64,000 nt of DNA from Sandaracinaceae bacterium (GTDB taxonomy: Bacteria > Myxococcota_A > Polyangia > Polyangiales > Sandaracinaceae): the NCBI GenBank assembly GCA_044220955.1, contig JBGAQA010000015.1, forward strand, positions 1 to 64,000, in the 5' to 3' direction. Under the pieces are notes generated by a model. It saw only the letters and a program-made list of their open reading frames with translations, searched no databases and was not told where the DNA came from. This document shows positions 50,744-59,956 of this stretch, in pieces. The position numbers and the translations under genes were made by a program. The number at the start of each line of letters is the position of its first letter. The first letter of the stretch is position 1.

Positions 50744-52210
50744 ATGCTGGACCGCTTCGCTCGCTCCTCCCTCGTCGCGCTCGCCCTCGCGGCCTGCACG
50801 CAGACCCCAGCCCCGGCGGGCGATGCCGCGACGTTCGACGCCGGCACGCCGGACGACACGGGCGGCGCGAGCGACACGGGCGGGCCGCGCCCCGACGCGG
50901 GCCGCGACGCATACGTCGTGATCCCGCGCGACGTCGGCACCTTCACGCGCATCGACGAGGCCACCGCGTCGGCCGGTCGGACCGGGTGCGCCTACGATCG
51001 AGGCGCGTGGCCCTGGGAGACGCTCGGCACGGGCGTCCCGATCGGCGACGAGATCCCGATCCACCACTTCATCCTCCTGATGCAGGAGAACCGAAGCTTC
51101 GACGAGTACTTCGGGACGATGCCCGGCGTGGACGGCATCCCCGCGGGCACCACGAACCCGGACGGCGCCGGCGGCACCGTGGCGAGCTTCCACGCGACCG
51201 AGTACTGCACCGTCGACACCAACCACGAGTGGAACGGCTCGCACCTCGAGTACCACGACGGCGCGAACGACGGCTTCGTCACGGAGAACAACCCCGACGG
51301 GCGGCGCGCCATGGGCTACCTCGACCAGACCGACCTGCCCTTCTACTGGGATCTCGCGCAGAGCTTCGCGATCAGCGACCACCACCACTGCTCGGTGCTC
51401 GGGCCGACGTGGGTGAACCGCGAGTTCTACCTCGCGGCATCCTCGTTCGGGATGATCACCAACGACGCCGTGCCGACGAGCGCGTTCCCCGGGGACGGCC
51501 AGGACCGCACCATCTTTCAAGCGCTCAGCTCGGCGGGCGTGAGCTGGCACATCTACTACGAGAGCGTTCCCTTCGTCTGGGGCCCGTGGTCGGGGTGGGC
51601 CACGCAGCCCGCGCAGCGCGCGCACCAGGGCACGTTCGCGTCGTTCTACGCGGATCTGGCGTCGGGCGATCTCGACAGCGTCGTCTGGATCGATCCGCGC
51701 TGGACGACGACCGGCACGACCAACGACGACGAGCACCCGCCCGCCAACCCGCAGAACGGCCAGGCCTTCATCCGCGACCTGATCACCCACGTGATGGACA
51801 GCCCCCTCTGGAACGACACGGCCATCATCCTCACCTACGACGAGCACGGCGGCTTCTACGACCACGTCCCGCCGGGCCCCGCGTGCCCTCCGGGCGACGG
51901 CTTCGATCCGCGGCTCGGCCCGGCGGACTACCACGCCGACTTCGACCGCTACGGCTTCCGCGTGCCGCTGATCGTGATCAGCCCGTACGCTCGCACCGGC
52001 TACGTGTCGGACCACGTCACCGACCACACCAGCATCCTGCGCCTGCTCGAGGCGCGCTTCCTGATGCCCGCGCTCACCGCGCGCGATGCGAACGCGTGGC
52101 CGATGACGGACATGTTCGACTTCAGCACGACGAACACGGTGCGCTCGAGCGACCTCGCGGCGGCGCCGATCGACGCCGCGCACACCGCAGCCTGCGCCGC
52201 CGCTTTCTAG
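50744..52210 (+). CDS. phosphoesterase family (phospholipase C/acid phosphatase) lipoprotein
   Basis: LAAC lipobox; MQENRSFD.YFG, GPTWVNR, EHPP, TYDEHGGFYDHV, GFRVP, DHTSIL. Confidence 0.93.
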   Translation: MLDRFARSSLVALALAACTQTPAPAGDAATFDAGTPDDTGGASDTGGPRPDAGRDAYVVIPRDVGTFTRIDEATASAGRTGCAYDRGAWPWETLGTGVPIGDEIPIHHFILLMQENRSFDEYFGTMPGVDGIPAGTTNPDGAGGTVASFHATEYCTVDTNHEWNGSHLEYHDGANDGFVTENNPDGRRAMGYLDQTDLPFYWDLAQSFAISDHHHCSVLGPTWVNREFYLAASSFGMITNDAVPTSAFPGDGQDRTIFQALSSAGVSWHIYYESVPFVWGPWSGWATQPAQRAHQGTFASFYADLASGDLDSVVWIDPRWTTTGTTNDDEHPPANPQNGQAFIRDLITHVMDSPLWNDTAIILTYDEHGGFYDHVPPGPACPPGDGFDPRLGPADYHADFDRYGFRVPLIVISPYARTGYVSDHVTDHTSILRLLEARFLMPALTARDANAWPMTDMFDFSTTNTVRSSDLAAAPIDAAHTAACAAAF

Positions 52211-52258
52211 GCGAGATCTCGCTGGATCCCTCTTCCGCGTCGTGGGAGAGCGCCGAAG

Positions 52259-52807
52259 CTAGGGTGAGGGTGCCGGCGCGGACGTCGTGGTGATGCCGCC
52301 GCGCGCGCGCGCGCGGTCGCGCATCGCGAAGAGATCCTGCTCCGTCAGGTACCCGGTCCGCCGATCGACCACGATGCCGTGCGCGTCGATCATGTAGAAC
52401 GTCGGTACACCCGGCAGCTCCCCCAGCTGGCTGGTGCCGGCGGTGATCGAGGCCTGCGCGTCGTAGACGACCGTGTACGGGGGATCGAGCGCGTCGGCGT
52501 AGATCGGCGCGAAGCTCGGTGCGTCGCGCTCGGCGACCACGCCCAGCACGACGGTGTCGTTCGCCTCGCGCGTGAAGCGCGACACGGGCCGCACCTCGGC
52601 CTGCGAGAGCCCGTCGTAGGTGGCCAGGACGAAGAGGAGCACGAGCCCGCCGCGCTGATCGGAGAGCTCGACGATGCGCCCCTCGGTCGTCGTCAACTGC
52701 AGCTCGATCGGCTGGTCCGCCGAGGGCCCGGTCGGCCCGCCCACGGTGGCCGCGCCGCCGCCGCAGCCGGCGACCCACAGAGCGAGAACGAGCGACCTCC
52801 ACGCCAT
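52259..52807 (-). CDS. thioredoxin/TlpA-fold lipoprotein without CxxC
   Basis: VAGC lipobox; LSDQRG..VLLF..ATY..., GVPTFYMIDAHG. Confidence 0.75.
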   Translation of the reverse strand: MAWRSLVLALWVAGCGGGAATVGGPTGPSADQPIELQLTTTEGRIVELSDQRGGLVLLFVLATYDGLSQAEVRPVSRFTREANDTVVLGVVAERDAPSFAPIYADALDPPYTVVYDAQASITAGTSQLGELPGVPTFYMIDAHGIVVDRRTGYLTEQDLFAMRDRARARGGITTTSAPAPSP

Positions 52808-52854
52808 CGAGGGCCAGCTTACGACGCGCGCGAGAGAGGGCTACATTCCGCGCG

Positions 52855-53712
52855 ATGCCAGCTCGCCGTGCGCTCCCGATCGCGGACGAGGCGCTGCGCA
52901 CGCACCTCGACGCGCTCGCCCGCAGCACCGACGCGCGTGCGCGGCTCGACGCCGACCCGCTGGGGCTGGTGCGCGCGCTCGCGCCCGCCGACCGGGAGGT
53001 CGGAGGGCTCGTCGCGGCGACGCTGGCGTTCGGCAACGTCGTGGCCATCCGGCGGAGCATCGGGCGCGTGCTCGACGCGCTCGACGGGGAGCCGGCGCGC
53101 GCGGCCGACACCCTCGGGCAGGCCGCGATCGAGCGGCGCCTCCGAGGGTTCGTGCACCGCGTGTACCGCGGCGAGCACGTGGCGCGGATGCTCGCGCGCG
53201 CGGGCGCGATGCGGCGCGAGCACGGGACGCTCGGCGACGCGCTCGCGGCCCGGATGGAGACGCCGACCACCGGGGGGCTGGTGAGCGCGCTCGCAGGCTG
53301 GGCGGCGGCGCTCCGCGGCCCTCGCCCCCCGCGCGGCCTCGCGCACCTCGTGCCCGATCCGGCCAAGGGGTCGGCGAGCAAGCGGCTCTTGCTCTACCTG
53401 CGCTGGATGGTCCGCCCCGACGACGGCGTCGATCTCGGCCTCTGGTCCATCTCCCCGAGCCTGCTCGTCATCCCGCTGGACACCCACGTCCACCGCATCG
53501 CGCGAAACCTCGGGCTCACGCGGCGCACGGACGCTTCGCTGCGAACCGCGCTCGAGATCACCGACGCGCTCCGGCGCCTCGATCCGCAGGACCCGGTCCG
53601 CTACGACTTCGCGCTCTGCCACCTCGGGGTCTCGCGCGAGTGTCCGAGCCGCCGCGTCGAGGCCAAGTGCGAGCGCTGCGTCGTCCGCGGCGTCTGCACG
53701 CAGTGGCGCTGA
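52855..53712 (+). CDS. TIGR02757/DUF2400 family protein (HhH-GPD-like)
   Basis: SASKRLLLYLRWMVR, DLGLW, IPLDTHV.RI, DPVRYDFALCH, C-terminal Cys cluster. Confidence 0.9.
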   Translation: MPARRALPIADEALRTHLDALARSTDARARLDADPLGLVRALAPADREVGGLVAATLAFGNVVAIRRSIGRVLDALDGEPARAADTLGQAAIERRLRGFVHRVYRGEHVARMLARAGAMRREHGTLGDALAARMETPTTGGLVSALAGWAAALRGPRPPRGLAHLVPDPAKGSASKRLLLYLRWMVRPDDGVDLGLWSISPSLLVIPLDTHVHRIARNLGLTRRTDASLRTALEITDALRRLDPQDPVRYDFALCHLGVSRECPSRRVEAKCERCVVRGVCTQWR

Positions 53713-55122
53713 CTACCCGCGCGAGCGGCGGCGCACGAGCGCCAGCGCGACGAGCCCGATCGCGAGCAGCCCCGGCTGCGGGCGGGCGGCGACACCGCAG
53801 CCACAGCCGCCCGCGTTCGTGTGCCCCGGTCCGGTCGCCGCGTCCGGCGCCCGGCTCGCGTCCGGCGGTCCCGCGTCACGCGCGGGCGCCGCGTGCGACA
53901 TCGCGTGGACGCGGAGCGCGATCGCCGACGCGTCGGGATCGTTCGTCGTCAGCGTCACGATCGTGGTCGCGTCCGGCTCGACCTCGGTGGGCGCGTACCT
54001 CACGACGAGCGCGCGGCTCTCGTGGGGCGCGAGGCGCATCGAGGCCGGCGCGACCGTGAACGGCCCGCCGGGCGGCACGACGCTGACCACGAGATCGGCC
54101 TCGCCCTCGTTGCGGACGAGCGAGGTGCCCTCGGCCGTCGCGCTCACCGCCACGTCTCCGAGGTCCACGTCCGGTGGATCGAGGCGGATGTCGGGCAGAG
54201 GGACGTGCACCGTGTCCGGCATGAAGTGCGTCTCGGTGTCGGTCTCGACCAGGTGCAGCGGGATGTCGAAGGTCGCGAGGTCCCAGCGTCGCCCGGCGAG
54301 GGTGACGTAGATCGCGGGCGTGAGCGTCACCGCGCCGTCGTAGAGCACGCGCCCGTGGGGCAGCACCGTGACGTCCGTCGAGGGTCCGAACCCGAGCAGC
54401 GTGTCCACCGGCGGCAGCGGCGCGCTGGCGCCCTCGTTCGAGATGAAGCTCGGGCTACGCACGACGTCGATGCGCTCGCTCTGGTAGCGCGTGGTGAGCA
54501 TCGCCTGCGCGCTCATGTCGATGCCCCCGTCGATCCCGGGAATGGACACGCCGACGAGCGACGAGACGCTCAGCCCGATCACGCGCACCGCCGCGGTCGA
54601 GTCCATCGCGCTGACGGGCCTGCCCGGCGCCCCGGGGAGCAGGAAGGGATCGAACGTCGTGGTCGCGGCGAGCCGGAGATCGCGGGGGAACGAGCCTGGC
54701 AGCGGGATGTCCCCCGTCCAGTCGTACACCGTGCCGGCCACGTCGAGGTGCAGGCGCATCTCCGCGACGATCTCGAAGCCGTAGGCCATGTTCAGGCGCC
54801 CCGTGGCAGGGCGGCCCGGCACGCGGACGGCGACGGCGCGCATCGGCGGCGTGGTCGGCCACGACGTCACGACGGTCCCGCCGAGATCGACCTCCGTCTC
54901 GGCCATGATCAGGAGCGCGAAGTGGACCTGGATGGGCGAGCCCGCGGGGACCCAGCCGCTGTCGAGCGAGACCGAGGGGAGCGCGCGATCGAGGTGCTGG
55001 AAGTCGACGTCGGCCGCGTGGCACTGGTCGGCGGGCACGTCCGGGCCGATCGGGCACTGCGCGAGCGCCGGCAGCGGGAAGAGGAGCGCGAGCGAGAGCG
55101 CGAGCAGCGAGGAGGCGCGCAT
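53713..55122 (-). CDS. exported protein with Ig-like domain and MYXO-CTERM-like tail
   Basis: Signal peptide; VDLGDV...VRNEGEADL...TNDP; GGCGCGV-TM-RRRSRG. Confidence 0.82.
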   Translation of the reverse strand: MRASSLLALSLALLFPLPALAQCPIGPDVPADQCHAADVDFQHLDRALPSVSLDSGWVPAGSPIQVHFALLIMAETEVDLGGTVVTSWPTTPPMRAVAVRVPGRPATGRLNMAYGFEIVAEMRLHLDVAGTVYDWTGDIPLPGSFPRDLRLAATTTFDPFLLPGAPGRPVSAMDSTAAVRVIGLSVSSLVGVSIPGIDGGIDMSAQAMLTTRYQSERIDVVRSPSFISNEGASAPLPPVDTLLGFGPSTDVTVLPHGRVLYDGAVTLTPAIYVTLAGRRWDLATFDIPLHLVETDTETHFMPDTVHVPLPDIRLDPPDVDLGDVAVSATAEGTSLVRNEGEADLVVSVVPPGGPFTVAPASMRLAPHESRALVVRYAPTEVEPDATTIVTLTTNDPDASAIALRVHAMSHAAPARDAGPPDASRAPDAATGPGHTNAGGCGCGVAARPQPGLLAIGLVALALVRRRSRG

Positions 55123-55184
55123 CCCGGGATCGAACCACGAGGCGCCCGGTGTATGCAACGCGCTTACCACGCCATCGCAGGCTG

Positions 55185-55213
55185 TTGACGTTGCCATCGA
55201 CCGATGGCAGCTT
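55185..55213 (+). promoter_or_regulatory. promoter with 8-bp dyad operator between -35 and -10
   Basis: TTGACG, TGCCATCG-AC-CGATGGCA, CAGCTT-N6-ATG. Confidence 0.7.
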
Positions 55214-55219
55214 CGACCC

Positions 55220-56083
55220 ATGATCGATCCCCGCGACGCCCCGGCCCTCGGCCCCTCCGCCTCCCGGAAGATCCCGGTGCGCGCGCCACGCTTCGCGCTC
55301 GACGACGTCGCGCGCGGGTGGCTCGCCACCGACCCGCTGGCCTCGGACCTCGTGGACGCGCTCAGCCTGGTGTTCCCCGAGGGCGAGCGCTTCTTCATCC
55401 GCAGCGTCGTCGCCTTCGCCGCCGAGTACGAGAAGGACCCCGCCCTGCGCGCCCGTGTGCGCGGCTTCATCGGGCAGGAGGGGCGCCACGGACACGAGCA
55501 CGACCGGATGAACCGCTCGATCGCCGCCCGCGGACACGACGTCACCGGCTACCTGCGCTTCTACGAGGCGGCCATGTACGGCGTCGTCGAGCGGATCACG
55601 CCCGCGCACCTGCGCCTGGCCTCGACGGCGGCGCTCGAGCACATGACGGCCACGCTCGCGGAGGTCGCCCTCACCCGCCCGGTGCTCGAGTCGGCGCACC
55701 CCGGGATCGCGCGGATGCTCCGCTGGCACGCGGCCGAGGAGATCGAGCACCGCAGCGTCGCCTTCGACGTCCTCGCGCGCGTGGACCCGCGGCTGCGGAC
55801 GCGCACGCTCGGCCTCGGCATCGCGATCGGCACGCTGGTCTTCTCGTGGACGACGGCGTTCGCGATGCTGCGCTACGGCGATCGCCAGGCCTCGTGGCGG
55901 CCGGTCGACGGCCGGGCGTCGCGCCGGTTCTGGCGGGAGGCGCAGCGGGCCGTGCCCTACGTGCTCCGGAGCCTCGTGCGCTACCTCGACCGCGGCTTCC
56001 ACCCCGACGAGGCGAGCCGCCCGGACATCGAGCGCGCATACGCCGAGGTGGTGGCCGACGTGGCGGCGCCCGTCCCCGCGTGA
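55220..56083 (+). CDS. predicted metal-dependent hydrolase (ferritin-like di-metal, PF10118-like)
   Basis: FPEGERFFI.SV, FIGQE..H..EH, LEH.TA, WHA.EE.EH.SVAFD, FHP. Confidence 0.9.
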   Translation: MIDPRDAPALGPSASRKIPVRAPRFALDDVARGWLATDPLASDLVDALSLVFPEGERFFIRSVVAFAAEYEKDPALRARVRGFIGQEGRHGHEHDRMNRSIAARGHDVTGYLRFYEAAMYGVVERITPAHLRLASTAALEHMTATLAEVALTRPVLESAHPGIARMLRWHAAEEIEHRSVAFDVLARVDPRLRTRTLGLGIAIGTLVFSWTTAFAMLRYGDRQASWRPVDGRASRRFWREAQRAVPYVLRSLVRYLDRGFHPDEASRPDIERAYAEVVADVAAPVPA

Positions 56084-56142
56084 CGGCGGCGCCGGGCTCG
56101 AGCGACTTGACGGGACCCCGCGTTTCGCGGGATGGCGCGTCC

Positions 56143-56925
56143 GTGGCCCCGCGCCCCCGCAAGCGCCGCTCCCAGGTGCCCCCGGCGCCGCGTCCGCTCC
56201 GCGTCGAGGAGCTGGCCGCGCAGGCCAAGACCACCGTCCGCAACGTGCGCGCCTACCGCGAGCGCGGCCTGCTGCACGCGCCCAGGCAGCAGGGCCGCGT
56301 CGCGTACTACGACGCCTCGCACCTCGCGCGACTGCGCACCATCGCCGCGCTGCTCGAGCGGGGCTACTCGCTCGCCAACATCAAGGAGCTCACGAGCGCG
56401 TGGGCGGGTGGGCGGCGCCTCGAGGACGTCCTGGGCCTCGAGGAGGCCGTCACCTCGCCCTTCGCGGACGAGCAGCCCGAGGTGGTCGAGGCCGCGCGCC
56501 TGCTCGCCGAGCTCGGGCCCGCGCTCACGCCCGCGCTCGTGGCGCGCGCGCTGGAGCTGAAGGTGCTGGTGCTCGACGGCGCCGAGCTACGCGCTCCGAG
56601 CCCGCGCCTGCTCGCGGCGGGCCTCGAGGTCGCGCGCGTCGGCGTCCCGATCGAGGCGCTCCTCGCCGAGCTGGCGGTCCTGCGGCCGGCGCTCGAGCAG
56701 ATCGCGCGCCGCTTCGTGCGCCTCTTCGCGCACCACGTCATCACGCCGCCCGACGCGAAGGCGCCCCCGCGAGGCGCGGCGCTCCGCAGGGTCGAGCACG
56801 CCGTGCGACGCGTGCGCCCGCTGGCGCTCCAGGTCGTCGAGGTCGAGCTCGCGCAGGCCCTCGACCGCGAGATCCGCGACCAGCTGACGAGCGAGCTCGA
56901 GCGCGCCCTCGCCCGGCGGCGCTGA
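56143..56925 (+). CDS. MerR-family transcriptional regulator
   Basis: VEELA..A.TTVRNVRAY.ERGLL..P...GR...Y...HLARL..I. Confidence 0.9.
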   Translation: MAPRPRKRRSQVPPAPRPLRVEELAAQAKTTVRNVRAYRERGLLHAPRQQGRVAYYDASHLARLRTIAALLERGYSLANIKELTSAWAGGRRLEDVLGLEEAVTSPFADEQPEVVEAARLLAELGPALTPALVARALELKVLVLDGAELRAPSPRLLAAGLEVARVGVPIEALLAELAVLRPALEQIARRFVRLFAHHVITPPDAKAPPRGAALRRVEHAVRRVRPLALQVVEVELAQALDREIRDQLTSELERALARRR

Positions 56926-56989
56926 GGGTCGTCCGGGGAAAGGCGTCGGAGCGCCCCGCGGAGCTGCTGCGACCGCGCGCTGCGCGTCG

Positions 56990-57223
56990 CTACTCTCGCG
57001 GCGCTTCCTTGCTGCCGACGACCGTGAGGTTCAGGCCGATCTGCACCGGCAGGGCCTTGCCATCGACGGTGATCGTCGTCTTGCCGTTGATGTTCCAGCC
57101 GAACGAGCCGGTCGAGAACGCCTTCACGTCCGCGGTCATCTCCTGACCGGCGATCGTGACCTTCACGGCCTCGGCCTTCGCGAGGAACTGAGCGAGCGAG
57201 ATCGGGGGTGCTGTCTTGGCCAT
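56990..57223 (-). CDS. small hypothetical protein (77 aa)
   Basis: Lys/Thr-rich, protein-like composition; FSTGSFGW motif; TAACGT-7nt-ATG. Confidence 0.85.
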   Translation of the reverse strand: MAKTAPPISLAQFLAKAEAVKVTIAGQEMTADVKAFSTGSFGWNINGKTTITVDGKALPVQIGLNLTVVGSKEAPRE

Positions 57224-57248
57224 GGGCCGGACGTTACCACGCAGCCCG

Positions 57249-58169
57249 TCAATGACTGAGCGAGCGAACCCCGGCCTTGTGGACCTTCCCGGCGAGCTCG
57301 TGGCCGACGATGGCCTTGGCCACCTGCCCGGCCTCCCAGAGCTTGTCGAGCTCGACGCCGCTCGCGATGCCCATGCCGTCGAGCATGTAGACGAGATCCT
57401 CGGTCGCGACGTTCCCGGCGGCGCCCGGCGCGTAGGGGCAGCCGCCGAGGCCGCCGACCGCGGCGTCGAAGGTGCGGATGCCCATCTCGAGCCCGACGAC
57501 GATGTTGGCGAGCGCGGTGCCGCGGGTGTCGTGCATGTGCATCGCCAGCTTCTCGGGCGGCAGCTCGGCCAGGAAGAGGCTCAGGATGTCGCGCGTCTGC
57601 CGCGGCGTGCCGACGCCGATCGTGTCCCCCATCGAGATCTGATAGCAGCCCTCGCTCAGGAGCTGGCGCGCGATGCCGAGGCCGATCTTCGGATCGATCT
57701 CGCCCTCGTAGGGGCAGCCCCAGAGCGTCGAGACGTAGCCGCGCACGCGCATGCCCGCCCTCGTCGCCGGGCCGATCACGCGGCGCAAGACGCCCTGCGT
57801 CTCCGCGGTGGTCTTGTTCACGTTCTTTCGGTTGTGGGTCTCGCTGGCGCTGATGAAGACGCCGATCTCCGGGATCTTCGAGGCGATGGCGCGCTCGAGG
57901 CCCCGCTCGTTCGGACAGAGCGCGCTGAACGTCACGTTCGGGTCGCGCGGCAGGAGCGAGCAGACCTCCTCGGCGTCACCGAGCTGCGGGACCCAGCGCG
58001 GCGAGACGAAGCTGGTCGCCTCGATGCGCGTGAGCCCGGCGCGCACCAGCGCCTCGATGAGCCGGATCTTGCGCGTCGTCGGGACCGTGACCGCCTCGTT
58101 CTGCAGCCCGTCCCGCGGCGAGACTTCGTACACCGACACCGCGTCCGGCAGCGATCCGAAGAACGACAT
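57249..58169 (-). CDS. hmgL: hydroxymethylglutaryl-CoA lyase
   Basis: EVSPRDGLQNE, DTIGVG, HMHDTRG, GLGGCPYAPGA.GNVATED. Confidence 0.96.
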   Translation of the reverse strand: MSFFGSLPDAVSVYEVSPRDGLQNEAVTVPTTRKIRLIEALVRAGLTRIEATSFVSPRWVPQLGDAEEVCSLLPRDPNVTFSALCPNERGLERAIASKIPEIGVFISASETHNRKNVNKTTAETQGVLRRVIGPATRAGMRVRGYVSTLWGCPYEGEIDPKIGLGIARQLLSEGCYQISMGDTIGVGTPRQTRDILSLFLAELPPEKLAMHMHDTRGTALANIVVGLEMGIRTFDAAVGGLGGCPYAPGAAGNVATEDLVYMLDGMGIASGVELDKLWEAGQVAKAIVGHELAGKVHKAGVRSLSH

Positions 58170-58239
58170 GCTTCTCGTATCGTTCCGAAGTCGCCCGCGG
58201 TCAAGCGCGCAGCGGGCGTACTATCCTGGCCGCGGAACG

Positions 58240-59868
58240 ATGAGCGCCGAGCCCCCAGCGTCCGCAGCGCGTCCGTGGATCGCGCCGGCAATGCTCGCGC
58301 TCGCGGTCGTGCTGGCCTACGCGGGGTCGCTCGGCGCGGACTTCCTCCGCTACGACGACGACTGGCTGATCGCGTCGAGCCCGGTGATGCAGGATGGCTC
58401 GCTCGAGGCGCCGCGTGCCATCGTGACCGATCTCTCGCGCGAGACGCGCCGCGCGCTCGGCGCCGAGTACCTGCCCGTCCGCGACCTGGTGACCTGGCTC
58501 GCCGTGCGCGCGCTCGGGACGAGCGCCCCCGCGCTGCGCGTGGTCCTGCTGGCCCTCTACGTCGGTGCGGTCCTGGCGTGGCGCGCCTGGTTCCGGCACG
58601 TGCTCGGTCCGGGGCTCCCCGCCGAGGTCGCCGCGCTCGCGTTCGCGCTCCACCCGGCACACGCCGAGTCGGTCGCGTGGCTCGCGGGCTTCAAGGACGT
58701 GCTCGCCCTGCTCTTCACGGGGCTCGCGCTGGCGATCCACCGAGGGCCCGCGAGCGGAAGACGGCGCGCGCTCGTCACCCTCTGCGTCGTGCTCGCGTGC
58801 CTCTCGAAGGCCGTCTCGGTCGTGCTCCCGGTGTTGCTGGGGATCTCGGATGCGTGGGCCGGGCGCCGTGTCGATCGCGCGACCCTGGCGATCACGGGGG
58901 CGCTCGCCGGGGCCGCCGCGCTCCTGCACGCGAGCGTCGGCGCGAGCGTCGGCATGTACGCGGCAATGCCCGGAGGCGACCGCGCGCACGCGCTGGCCAC
59001 GATGGCCCCCGTCGCGCTCCGCTACGCGCTCCGCACGCTGCTCGTCGAGCCCGCGTCGATCGTCTACGACGTGCCGGACCGGTCTCTCGCCGACCCGCTC
59101 GCCGTCGCCGTGCTCCTCGGGCTCGCGCTCGCAGCGGCGGCGGCGCTGCGCGCATACCGCCGTGGCGAGCGCCGGCCACTGCTGCTCCTCGGGTTCGCGG
59201 CCGCCGCGCTGGCGCCGGTGAGCCAGGTGCTCGCGCCGATCCAACACCGCATGGCCGACCGCTACCTCCTCGTCGCGCTCGCCGCGCCGAGCCTCGCCCT
59301 CGGCCTCGGCGCCGCGCGCCTCTCGAGCGCGCGCGCGCACGCGGCGCTCGTCGCGGTGCTCGTCGTGGTCCTCGGCGGGGCGACGGCCCTCCGCGCCTCG
59401 ACGCTCGCGACACCAGTGGACCTCTGGCTCGAGACCAGCGAGCGAGCGCCGCGCTCGCCGGTGGGCCCCTACCAGCTCGCGGTGACGGTCGAGCGAGCGC
59501 GGCCCGAGGTGGCGGAGCGCGCGTATCGCGAGGCGCTCGCGCGCGACGGCATGACGAGCGACACCGGGCGGCGCGCCGCCGACAACCTGGCGATCCTGCT
59601 CGCGCGCGGGGGCCGCAGCGGCGAGGCCATCGCGCTCCTCGAAGAGGCCCGCGCGCGGTACCCGCGCGACCCACACGTGGGCCACAACCTCGCGGTCCTC
59701 TTCGACGCGCGTGGCGAGCACGAGCGCGCGCGAGCGCTGCTGCTCGACGTGATGCGCGAGTCACCCCGTTACGAGCGGGCACGCACGACGTACCGGGCGC
59801 GCTGGGGCGAGCCGCCCGTCCCGCCGGTGCCCGCGCCGCGCTACGACGCCGGCGAGCGCGCGCTCTGA
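58240..59868 (+). CDS. TMTC-like GT-C membrane protein with C-terminal TPRs
   Basis: F..YDD loop; Y.PV; HP.HAESVAW; LSK; ADRYL; TPR tail. Confidence 0.82.
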   Translation: MSAEPPASAARPWIAPAMLALAVVLAYAGSLGADFLRYDDDWLIASSPVMQDGSLEAPRAIVTDLSRETRRALGAEYLPVRDLVTWLAVRALGTSAPALRVVLLALYVGAVLAWRAWFRHVLGPGLPAEVAALAFALHPAHAESVAWLAGFKDVLALLFTGLALAIHRGPASGRRRALVTLCVVLACLSKAVSVVLPVLLGISDAWAGRRVDRATLAITGALAGAAALLHASVGASVGMYAAMPGGDRAHALATMAPVALRYALRTLLVEPASIVYDVPDRSLADPLAVAVLLGLALAAAAALRAYRRGERRPLLLLGFAAAALAPVSQVLAPIQHRMADRYLLVALAAPSLALGLGAARLSSARAHAALVAVLVVVLGGATALRASTLATPVDLWLETSERAPRSPVGPYQLAVTVERARPEVAERAYREALARDGMTSDTGRRAADNLAILLARGGRSGEAIALLEEARARYPRDPHVGHNLAVLFDARGEHERARALLLDVMRESPRYERARTTYRARWGEPPVPPVPAPRYDAGERAL

Positions 59869-59956
59869 TCCGCACGCGCCTGCTCCGCGCCGCCATGCTC
59901 TTGCTCCGCGCGTAGCGCGCTCCGGGGACCGCCCCGAGGCGGACCGCGCCGCGCCA

